Shown: one piece after another, positions 46,171 through 57,090 of the stretch
How positions within the stretch are numbered: position 1 is the first letter of the stretch
Layout: each line of letters begins with the position of its first letter
Assembly: GCA_037379345.1 (NCBI GenBank)
Contig: CM074515.1
Span: 21,638,001-21,702,000 of the forward strand
DNA from: Perna viridis
Lineage: Eukaryota
Direction of reading: 5' to 3'
Length of the DNA: 64,000 bases
Translations under genes and position numbers: made by a program
Notes under the pieces: model-generated
The model's database searches: none
Seen by the model: only the letters and a program-made list of their open reading frames with translations
Told to the model about the DNA's origin: nothing

Positions 46171-46448
46171 AGAGGGACAAGCATATCACATGCTCAAGTT
46201 CATTTGTGTATTATACCCCCATAGAACCAGTGGTTGGTATTTTGGAAAGATCTTGTCAATTGTCCATTCTAACACTTGGCTTCCACTGGATGGATTGATT
46301 TCAAATTTGGTATTTGACTTGATATATACGAGGCATACATTGTAAGAAATTTTGGTTGCTGCCTGATATCAACTTACTGTACAAGTGGGGGTATATCTAG
46401 CATGATGATGCATGCAATTTCATTTTGTTTTCTCGACTGCTTTCATCT

Positions 46449-46681
46449 GGCCAAGAAAAAAATGTGTTTCAGATTACCCGACCTACCAAGCACATTTTAT
46501 CTGAATGTTTTTATGAAATGAGATAAAACAAACATTTTTAAGTTGAATACTATTAAATCAAGAAATCCTCCCATAAATGTTTATATAAAATAATTAAAAA
46601 AAATAAAATGATTTTACCCACCTACCTACCTTATTTTTTCATCCAATGTAACTAAAAAAAAGATATATTTTTTTCCTGGCC
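46449..46681. mobile_element. MITE with GGCC termini (PIF/Harbinger-like, tentative)
   Basis: GGCCAAGAAAAAAATGTGT ... ATATATTTTTTTTCCTGGCC imperfect TIRs; internal CCGACCTACC / CCTACCTACC motifs. Confidence 0.55.
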
Positions 46682-46887
46682 ATATTTAAATCTGCACAAT
46701 TGAAAATATGTAGACAGGGTTCCTTGTATTGACAGTTTGAAGATCATACTTACTTTTTCTTCCATTCTACACAAAGTGTTATGATTGTATGAATTTTATT
46801 TAACACTAGTTAAGAACAGAAATAATTAATATAAACAAAATTACAAATAAATCAAGTCTGGTGATTTTCTACTATACAGAAGTTTAA

Positions 46888-47273
46888 GTAGCACTCCAGC
46901 TAAGAATCGTGCAAAATGTGATATATGGTTGGAATGCCTACATACTGGTATTTTTATTTTTGATATCTTGTTTAAAATGCTTAAGTAAACAGAAAATATT
47001 ATGTGGCTTTTCATAGGGTCCTTGTTCATAAGAGATAAAAAATTATACAGAATGCTTTGTAGAATTCAAAAGTGGGGAAATAACTGTTAATGACACTAAA
47101 ATACAATAGAAACTATTGGATTTTCAATGTGAATTATCTCCTGAGAGCAGAGAGTTTGGAATGAATAATTATACATTTCATCACATCAACCTATAAAGCA
47201 ACTTAATAATAAAAATAAAAATGTGTAGCCTTTTTTGGGGTGTATCACATTTTATGGAATTGCCATGATTCTT
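46888..47273. mobile_element. About 390-bp MITE family, copy C
   Basis: Same 5' end as copy B (TTTAAGTAGCACTCCAGCTAAGAATC) and the same 3' TIR (CCATGATTCTT). Confidence 0.8.
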
Positions 47274-48468
47274 GCAAAGATTGTCACTTAATTGCTCAAC
47301 AATTACATACTAGTCAGAAATTGAAGACATCATTTGTCTACTACAATAAAAGGTGCACCAGTACAAAACAAAAAACATTGGATATTTTTCAACAACTATT
47401 CCTAATGACCATGCAGTAAAAGAACTTGTTTTTTTGTGTAAATTTTTAACTCATTCCACAACAACAAAACTATCTTTGTAGTTAATAAGTCAGTATTAAA
47501 ATGCTTCTGTCTGTGATAATATAACTCAAGAATAAATTCAGTTTTATTTTATTTTTTTATTAGTGGAATACATGTCCTCACATTTTTGGTTATTTTCAGA
47601 CATTTTCTTTTAGGGGACTGGTCCACCATATGCTGTTCAATACTTAATCATGTTTTGCAATGGGTTCTATACTTGCTGAAGTTATTGATAAAAATTCTAT
47701 TCTATCCTTCTAACTTTTTATGGAATGCTAAAAATATGTACAACTGAAACGATGTATTACTTTTTCTCACAGCCTGCATGATTCTTAGAGGAAGCACTTT
47801 ACTTGAAAACAACATATTATAACAATGCTGTAGTTAAAATCAAACAATTGGATGCCAAGAAATAAAAAAACAAGTGGGTTGTGAAATAAAGAACAAAATC
47901 CTGATTTACTGAAGACAACATGTATGTTAAACAACATTGAATAAATAACATGATCCCAAAGTAAATTTCCATTTGTTTAATTAGAGACAAAAGTAACAAG
48001 TAATTTTCTATTCACTACATGTACATGCAAACACTCATAATTTGTAACACTTTGGAATAAATGCCAGGAAATAAGTGTTATTTCACATGTTCATAGTTTT
48101 AGCAAACAAATATTTTTAAATTTTATTTAGATGTAAAAAGCATATTTCAAGTAAAGATGACATCTATGTAATTATCAATTTAACATTTGAATAAAAAATC
48201 TTTAAACAGCCCATAATGTGTTCAGTTTTGATTGAAAAATGACATCTGAATAATTATTAAGTTAACATATGAATAAAAAACATGTTTGTTTCATTTTTTT
48301 CAATATAAAATAATTTTTTAAGTAAAGATGACATCTGATGAATTAATAACTTAACATTTGAATATAAAACTTAAAACAGACCAAAACGTGTTCAGTTTTC
48401 ATTGTAAAATTGGAAAATCTTAACAGGTGATATATGTACAGGAATTATTTCAGATTGATATATATTAA

Positions 48469-48691
48469 GGCCATCATAAAAAATTCCTTGATTCTCATCC
48501 AACATTTTTCAAACTTTTTCACGGCAATTTTATTTTTTGTTATTTTTTTTATAATTTTAGTAAAAAATGTTGTCAATTTGAAAGAAATTGACCTAAATTG
48601 AATAAAAAAATTAAAATAACATTTTTCGGGGAGGTTAAAAAAATCGGGTTGGGAGGGGATGAGAATCTAGGATATTTTTTTGATTTTGGCC
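48469..48691. mobile_element. 223-bp MITE with TAA target-site duplication (PIF/Harbinger, Tourist-like)
   Basis: TAA|GGCCA..AAAAAATTCCTTGATTCTCATCC ... GGATGAGAATCTAGGATATTTTTT..TTGGCC|TAA. Confidence 0.75.
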
Positions 48692-49291
48692 TAATCACAT
48701 ACACTATGGAAGAACACACAATTTAACAGTAGAACTTTTAATACACAATAAAAGTACATATGAAAAGAACAATATACATATCAGTAATATTTTGTAATTA
48801 ATAAAACTGTTCAGGTATAAAACAATGATTGAAAAAGTTAAGTATTTGAAAGATATTGGATTTTCTTGATAAAAAGTTACAAACAGTAAAACCAATGAAA
48901 TCCAACCCATAAGTAAGTAAAATTATAATACATTAAATACTACTTGTACATATGATTGAAAATTTCCTTCATTTCAAAGCATAAACAGAACATATATAAG
49001 TTGAACAAGTCCAGGGATTTAAGATTTAAATTTTAAAAAGTTTTACTGTGTTAAGGTAGAACATATCATTAACAAGAAAATACATTTACTAACAAATATT
49101 AAACATTTATAGGTCATAAAACTCATGTATGATTAAAGTTTTAATCCATTCTCTGTAATAATTTGATACTTTTTTGAAGTTCGGCTAGAAAGGGACTAAG
49201 CCATGGATGTTTAAAATTCCGTGCATTAATAAATGCTGGTAAGGAACACAGTTTATCCATTAAATTTAATTCCTAGTAAAGTGTATCTACA

Positions 49292-49404
49292 TACATATTT
49301 ATAAATAAAATTAATATCAATATTAATAACATATTTATAAATAAAATTAATATTAAATATTAATAACATATTTATAAATAAAATTAATATTAAATATTAA
49401 TAAC
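49292..49404. repeat. AT-rich tandem repeat, about 37-bp unit x3
   Basis: ACATATTTATAAATAAAATTAATATTAAATATTAATA repeated three times. Confidence 0.85.
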
Positions 49405-49624
49405 TTGATGATGTTTCTCTGAGAAATTTGCATACAAAGGAAATGCCTGTCAAAAAAGTATTGTTTCTCCACAGAATATAACAGATTTTAATATATATAT
49501 ACATGTGTTACATTTCAATCAAAACTGATAATGAATAACAAACATTTTATAACATAAGAAGTCTGTGCACACTACATAAGGTGTGGTTTTCTTTGATCTT
49601 TTACCTGGACAGTTTATGACTGCT

Positions 49625-52600
49625 TTAGTGTTTGACTGGTCCTTGATGGGCAGCAGCATAAGGGGTGGACTGGAATAATAACATAGATGTTAGAAGAAAA
49701 AGGTTGACTGTGACCTCTGACCTTACTGAACTGGAACAGCCCAAGGTAAATGAATTCATCTATTGAATGATTAACTTCAATGTAAGTGTATATTTAAATG
49801 ACCACAGAGTTAAATCTCCATTGTTACTAATTCAATAAATGAATTCATTTAGCAAAATAGTTTATTTCCATGGGTTATTTTAGTTCAACAAGGTCAGAAG
49901 TCGTAATCAATGCAGTGTAATAATACAAAATAATGGCATCTTTAAAGTGAAGAGCGGTGTTTAATTTGATTTTTACATATAAAATTTATTCAAGATATTT
50001 TCCACATACCTGGTACTAGTAGCTTACTTTGTTTTGTTACTTAATAAACTTTGAAAATTATATATCAATTGTCTAAGAGTGACAATAATATAAGCTCACC
50101 ATAAATCTCTTTAGACTTAAGGACTATCTTTTGCTACTTATAATACTCTAAATAAGAGAGTTAAATTAGAGCAAGATGGCAAAAAACGGCTTTCTGGTGT
50201 GTGAACATTTTCTAATAAGCAGATGCCATGGGAAGGGAAGACTGCAATAACTAACTCTCATGGTTTTTGTGTCCTTTAAAAGCATTCCAGGTAGTGACAT
50301 TCTCATATCCTTTAATATACTTACAATTAGTCTGACACCAAACTGTGCATGGATATCATTCCTGTGTGTAGCCAGTGCTGACTTTATCTGTCCATTTTCA
50401 AGGACACCAACATGGTGTGTTACAGTTTTAAGTGATGCCATTGTGATGAACTGGTTTGTCTGGTGTAACTGTAGTTTGGTCTCAATGCCATGGGTTGATC
50501 CTGGTGGCTGAAAACAGCAAATGGGAGTAAAATTACATACCCCCTGGTACATTTGTATTAGATTGTAATTCCAGTAATAAATATATGTTTTTCTTTCAGG
50601 AGATGCCATGTTTCAGACATTCCTAAACTAGATTTGAATTAACCTCCTGGTATTTTAAAAACATTACTGAACATACATGTTCAAATATTTCATAAATTTT
50701 TTTTCGATTTGAAGTCTATTTTCTTCCACATTCTTACACTTATTTTGATACCACTTTTTCAGGGCTTTAAATTTACTTATTTTCAAAGTCTAGGGTTGGT
50801 TTTCTTCCAGATTAGCATTATTATAACTTGTAGCTAACGTATATCCCATAATTTATACAGATAGATGATTTATACAGAAATAATCTGATGATGCTTGCTG
50901 GATAACTCTTGCTACAAATTTTAACCCTACCGGTGCACCTGGTCCATGCTCCCAGTTTTTAGTGGAGTCCGAGTTGCTCATTTGCTTTTGTTACTTTGTA
51001 TGTATAATTTTAGTTACTTTATGTTCTTTGTCTGTTTTCCATGTCTGGTCTTTGTCCCTGGATTACATTCTTTTGATTACCGCTATAACCTTAGTTCCCC
51101 TGATTACTCTTTCAAGAGCCTTAATAATTGATTCAAATTGAAGTTCTTGATTTTTTTAAAAGTAATATTCCATCTAAGAATCATGCAATATGTGATTCAT
51201 GGTTGGAAAGCCTACATATTTTCATTTTTGATATTTTGTTTATAATTTTATGGTAAACAGAAATTAACATGTGGCTTTTCATAGAATCCCTGTTCATTGG
51301 AGATATTAATTATTAAGAATGTACTATAGTATTCAAAATTAAAAGAAATAACTATGTAAATAACACTGAAACACAACAGAAACTATTGAATTGTCAATGT
51401 GAATTATCTCCTTAGAGCAGACATATTGGAATGAGTGATCTTAGAGCAGACATATTGGAATGAGTGATAATACATTTTATCATATACAACCAAAAACAAC
51501 TTATTAACAAAAAATAAAAATATTTAGCCGTTTTTTTAGGTGTATCACATATTACAGAATTTGCATGTTACTTAAGACCCAAATTGGTTGCTCACTTCCA
51601 ATTTTTAACTTGAAATAACCCAAAATATTAAAAAAATAATATGAAAAATGTTTTTAAAAACCTTACAATATTTTTTTTAGCAACATTCAATTGTCAAAGT
51701 ATCAAAATCCACACAAAAATATAATAATAATATTTTAACGACTAAACCCACCATGTGAACAACCTGTGTTACTCCATTGACAACAGCCAGGTAATTATTG
51801 TTGTTATGGAGTCTGACTTGGTTATTTCCTTCATTTATCACAGTCCATAATGCTGAAGAACAAATAATCGTTAGTTAATCCCTTTTTAAATAGAACATTT
51901 CAGTGGTCAATATCCAAATCACAAAAATAAAGATTTCACAGAATACATTTTGTATCTCTGGTCAATAATAAAATATTATCCTACCAAGAATGTTCTTGAC
52001 ATTGAAACAATATTCTTTCTAAATATATCAACAAATTGCTGTACAGACTCAGTGTAAGAGGTTGCAATGTGTTTTATTTATACAAAATTCAACATTCTAT
52101 TAGAATAGGTCGTTTTATCTACCTCTTGGAGGGCTAGATATATTGTGATATCATATCATGGGGCAATGTAATATTAATTAGTGATATGAAAAATTTGTCA
52201 TTGTGATTGGTTGTTGTGCGATTGTGACATAAAATCAATTAAATCTGATTGGTCAAAAGTGACATTGTGACATATCTTATGTTGTTCTCCTGTAGCAACT
52301 CCAGATGTCATAGACCAACAATAACAACATTTCCACAATAGTAAATGTTGAATGTCAAGTGGCCAAATATTCCAGAGGATTCATAGAGAAAGGTTTTTAT
52401 ATCTCATGAAATTTTAATATTGCAATTTGCAAAATATAAACTTGATATTTGCAATATTCACTTTCACTCATTATGAAACACATATTTAACCAATCCTCAG
52501 CTAATAGTGATATGTATCCTACTGTTAAAGGCTTGTGGTCCTTCTTGTCCACATCCATCCACAACTAACTGTTGGGTTGGTGCCATGACGATTTGTAATG

Positions 52601-55600
52601 AACGTCCACTAGCTCGACAAATCAGCTGTACAACATTGTTAGTCTGGAAAATTTTCTGCAACAAAATCCATTTCAATATGCAATATACCACATACATGCA
52701 TCATATATAATAAATAGTTATACATGTACATACATCTAGAAATCTTGATAAACTTAAATCCATATATGAGACATGTTTTATGAACTATGGTAAGATTAGC
52801 ATTCAAGAGTTTTCATTAATTTACACAGTGAAATCTGTCTAAAATGAACTCTTTTGAGAATAAAGGACTTGCTTGTTTAAGACAGTTGTTTGGTTGTCCA
52901 ATGTTTAAAATAAATGAAACTGTTCAAAAGGAACTTTGGAACATTTCTGGTCTAGTCTTTGGGAAGGTTAAATTTAATCAGGTTTTATCTTGATCACATA
53001 ACTGATTTAGACAAAATAATTTTTTTATTGATAAAAGGTACAAGAAATAAAAGCGGTCATAACATCTATAAGGGAAGCAACTTAGACCTCAGACAAAAAC
53101 TAAGCTTAATATTTCTAACATTTTTTTCATTGGACATGTAAAAGAGGGTTGTGTGTAAGAGTTATTTGTCTATTTGTACTGTAGTGTATATATTTGTCTA
53201 CAAGGCATTGTCGCTCTTTCCTAATCATGTATATAAAACACAAAAAGAAGTTGCCAGTACTGTAAAGCTAGGCATACACCCACTCATATAGCAAGCAAAA
53301 TTACTTACAACGTATGCACCATCTATAAATAGCTACACACCAAATTTGAAATCAATCCATCCATTGAAAGCCACTATTTTTTTAGACAAAAATTTTCTCT
53401 ATCAATCCATATGATGAGAAGAGGCTAAGTCCCATGAAAAAGGAAGTTGAAATCTCCTGGTTCATGCTATAGTCAGGAATACTCACCAGCATATCTCCTG
53501 ACTCATCCTGTAGTCAGGAATACTCTCCAGGATATCTCCAGACTCATGCTGTAGTCAGGAATATTTGTCAGGATATCTTCTTATTCACAAAGAAGTTACG
53601 ACTCTCACCATTACTAAATATAACTGAATACTTTGATTAAAAAAGTATTCAATCATATTTAGGCGGATACTCACCAGGATAACTCCTGACTGATTCATGC
53701 TGTATTCAGTGATATTAACTATTTCAGATTTAGGTTATATGCTGGTGCATTTGTGGTCATTCACTACAGAATATCCATTCTTTTTCCAAGGATATCTCAA
53801 GAGTGATTCATACTGTTTTCAGTGATAATTCGTAGACTATCTCCTGATTCACACTTAAATCAGTGATACTCACCAGGACATCTCCTGTTTCACACTGTTT
53901 AAAACTAGCATCAATCTGGTTCCCTGCCCAATTCAAACCTTTCTCCACTTCTCTACCTAAAGTGTTGACTTCTTTCATTATAGAACCAAACAAGCCAGGC
54001 TACAAAATAAACCAGATTGTAGTTGGAACTATTTTTTTTTACAAACACGTTCTGACATTTTTATTTGTATTCAATACAATCAATCTAATCAAGAGCCTTA
54101 CATTAGTAAATGACTTTTAATTAATGATATTTGGTGAGATTTGAAACAGTTATTAAGGTTATTTCTACAACATAAACCTAAACAGTGCACAAGTTTCTAA
54201 TCATGAATTTCACATTCTAAAACAGGGCATCTAATGGGATATTAAATGATACCCTGCCACGTTGCAAGGTAAAAACAACTTACAATGGCCATAACTTTTG
54301 TGTAAGAGTAATCAAGGGAACCAAGGTTATAGCGGTAATCAAAAGAATGTAATCCAGGGACAAAAACCTGACATGGAAAACAGACACACACAACAAAGAA
54401 CACAAAGCAACCAAAACCATACATACAAAGCAACAAAAGCAAATGAGCAACTCAGACTCCACTAAAAACTGGGAGCATGGACCAGGTGCACCGGTAGGGT
54501 AAGCGTCCTCTGCTTTTCTAGAAACACCCGTCGAGTTGCTCATAAAAAGTCAAGTCCGGGGTAGACAAACAAGGAAAGGAAAACTATGACCCGTTGAATA
54601 AATCAGTTTTCATGGTGCAGATGGATACACCATAACGATCCACGAGTTCATGATGACGACCATAGAACTTTTGTAGTGATGACTTCAATCTTGTAGCAAC
54701 ATAACCCTGTTCCAGAAGCCTATTTGTTAGAGTTCTTGTAAATAACCTGAAATTTGAACTTGATCTGTATTTTATAATACTCAAGAACTATAGTATACAG
54801 AGTTTGAAAAAGATCCTTTAATACCTTCTTAAGTTATCGTCTGGGAAACATCAGGGACAGACAGACGGACATGCAACTTTTGGGAGGGTACTAGTATCGT
54901 GTAATACCTTGGCAGTTCAGGTGGCAGGGTATAAAAAGTGACAGGACTAAACTTACTGTGAAACAACTCTGTGTTTTCAAATCTAAAAAATAGCTATAAT
55001 ATCTACTGGTTTAATTTTTCATCAAAACCTGAATAAGTATTAAAATACTTGAGTCCATTTTACCTAAGGATTTATTACTTACTGATACATTAATTTGGGT
55101 CTCAATAGAAATTTTTTTAGAATTACAGTGCTTTCAACTGAATTCAAAACTTGTGACCTTTATTTGCCTCAAATATTTAAACAGATTGTGGAAATTACTA
55201 TGTACAAATATGAAAAAATAATAATCTGAAATATATTTCTATATCCATCTAAACAAAAAAAAGACTGCCCTCATTTTCTTTAATCATGTGTTGAACTTGA
55301 ATCCAAATGATCTTTCTTAAAATCTCTTTTCTAATGCTTCAAAAGTCTATAACTAGTTTTTCAAATAAAGTTGATCTTCACTTACAGAAGAGGTATGTAC
55401 AACTCTTGTTTGTGGCGGGTTTACATACACTGTGGTCTACAAAGAGAAATACTAAATGTAATTGTATTTAACATTTTTTCACAATGACAAAAAATAATTA
55501 AATGCATTCTTCACACATTCATTCAATGTTAATTGAACCTGAATTCAAGACTGCATTCATGGACAGTAAAAATTCTAATGCTAATTGATTCAAATTTATC

Positions 55601-55763
55601 ATCCATTTTTCTTGATTATACATTTTCAATAATCCACGTTTGATTTCTAATTTTAATGAACATTCAACAGTACATCACCTCTCTTAAAAATGATACTTAC
55701 ATTCTGTTGGTGGCCTCCCGGTGGGGCATATTGGTAAGGAGGAGGAGGTCCCTTTTGTGCCAT
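49625..55763 (-). CDS. Uncharacterised 233-aa intracellular protein: N-terminal PPPY motif, amphipathic helix, probable beta-trefoil domain; 7 coding exons: 55763-55701, 55436-55386, 53999-53874, 52655-52523, 51852-51752, 50507-50325, 49669-49625
   Basis: All junctions are GT-AG and in phase (702 nt): MAQKGPPPPYQYAPPGGHQQN-TTVYVNPPQTRVVHTSS-PGLFGSIMKEVNTLGREVEKGLNWAGNQIDASFKQCETGDVL-KIFQTNNVVQLICRASGRSLQIVMAP...AFN-TLWTVINEGNNQVRLHNNNNYLAVVNGVTQVVHM-PPGSTHGIETKLQL...HHVGVLENGQIK...HAQFGVRLI-STPYAAAHQGPVKH*. The last exon is the least certain. Confidence 0.82.
50924..51110 (+). mobile_element. 3' end fragment of the Penelope-like (Naiad-type) family
   Basis: accctaccggtgcacctggtccatgctcccag...ttgattactct, matching 40620-40787. 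Confidence 0.82.
51161..51575. mobile_element. About 390-bp MITE family, copy D (with an internal 29-bp tandem duplication)
   Basis: TAAGAATCATGCAATATGTGAT ... ATTTGCATGTTACTTA; CTTAGAGCAGACATATTGGAATGAGTGAT is duplicated at about 51411-51468. Confidence 0.78.
53450..53873 (-). repeat. 41-bp tandem repeat plus degenerate copies in the intron after coding exon 3 of the minus-strand gene
   Basis: AGTCAGGAAT recurs at 53471, 53512 and 53553; degenerate copies at about 53666 and 53788-53870. Confidence 0.85.
54305..54740 (-). mobile_element. 3' fragment (RT C-terminus plus 3' UTR) of the Penelope-like (Naiad-type) family
   Basis: Minus-strand [46 protein letters not shown] followed by the family 3' UTR. 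Confidence 0.85.
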
Positions 55764-56477
55764 TTAATATTACTGAAATAAAAAAACAGTACTGCACCCA
55801 AGAGTGAAAGAAGAAATTGACCAAAACTTCTATGATAGTGCAGTTGTGTTTAGTCTTCTTTCAATTATGATTATGTGGAACATCTACATGTATAAAATGG
55901 TCTTTTCCACAAATGTCATACAAAGTATGTGTATTTAATTGATGTTTTCTTCACTTTACTTTTGTAAAATGTTAATTCAAAAGTTATTAAAGCCATCTCT
56001 TTGAAATCCTTTACTACATAATTTATAGAGAGAGTATCTTTATCATAAGTAGATAGGTTATATTTAAAAAGATAAGGTAAAAGCAATGGCAAGTTATATT
56101 CATAATCATGGCACCATACATGTCTAATTGTACAATGTAAGTTCGAGGAAGACCTCTTTCGTTTTCATAGTGAAATGAACTCATTTTTTGAAGATTTGCC
56201 AAAATGTATGTTGTACAGATATGTATTTGACCCAAACATGTTACTATTTTATTTAAATCATGCTGTAAATTATATTTATAAACCATTTATTTGTAAATAC
56301 CACATATCTGCTCATTGTTTGAAAATAGAAACTGGTAGATATTATAATATTGAGAGCCATCTGAGACTTTGCAATATGCGTGATAAACATGTAATTGAAG
56401 ATGAATATCATTTTATTTTAGTATGTGAAAAGTATAATGAACTCCGGAAGAAATTTATCAAACCATATTATTGGAGA

Positions 56478-56716
56478 GTGTGTTGGTGGCTTAATAACCA
56501 CAGGGTAGTGATATGCGTCTAGTGCAGTAGTGATCGAACGTCTCTAGATCGCTACTGACGCTGGCTAGTCTACGTGTAGACGAAAAGGGGAGAAGCGTAA
56601 GCAGAAGCCTTCCTCTGCCAGTACATAGCCTCTACACTACCAAGACTCCTTCAATTTGCCTCCCCGAGGTAACACACGGTAACTTGGGTCTAGTACTCAA
56701 GGCTAACATGAAGGGG
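56478..56716 (+). ncRNA. Predicted HDV-like (double-pseudoknot) self-cleaving ribozyme with an expanded J1/2, at the RTE 5' end
   Basis: P1 GTGTGTT 56478-84 / AACACAC 56671-77. P2 CTCCTTCA 56646-53 / TGAAGGGG 56709-16. P3 GCC 56658-60 / GGT 56668-70. L3 TCCCCGA. P1.1 CC with GG 56678-79. P4 CTTGGGT/ACTCAAG. J4/2 GCTAA with catalytic C at 56703. Confidence 0.8.
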
Positions 56717-57090
56717 ATCTCGGAGTAACAAGGACCCTAGAGGTGTAGAGTGCAGGCCCACCGGCGCGTGGAACACGCCTTGGCTCTCACCAACCTTGCC
56801 CCACCTATGGGTTAAATAGATCGCTGCCTTGTGATGGACTGTTGAGTCAAAGGCTACGGGAGACAACCCAGACAGAAAACGATGGTCAGACTGGGATCAA
56901 ACCTTTGAAAGGGAACCTGTCTAGGAGAGGAAACTCTGATGTAAAACCCGGCTAGAAAGGAGTCATCACCCATGGTAGGGAACCTATCTAGGAGAGCTGA
57001 CTCTGATACAAAAGCATGTGAGGGACTTGCTGACCACCACATTAAAATAAAGCTGAAGCTAGAGGGCCAACCCCCCACTAGTGGATACAA

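Noticed and set aside
49614-49730. Alternative upstream acceptor giving a Cys-rich C-terminus (…HPLCCCPSRTSQTLKQS*) for the beta-trefoil gene
   Set aside because: The pyrimidine tract is weaker than at 49669 and there is no independent support without transcript data.
19611-51575. All four copies of the about 390-bp MITE share one orientation
   Set aside because: The chance probability is about 1 in 8, so this is not evidence of a biased mechanism.
56720-57090. Twister or hammerhead ribozyme in the RTE 5' UTR
   Set aside because: I could not fit a twister core (UAA...GUCCCAAGCCC...GAGGG) or a CUGANGA/GAAA three-way junction. Only the HDV fold fits.
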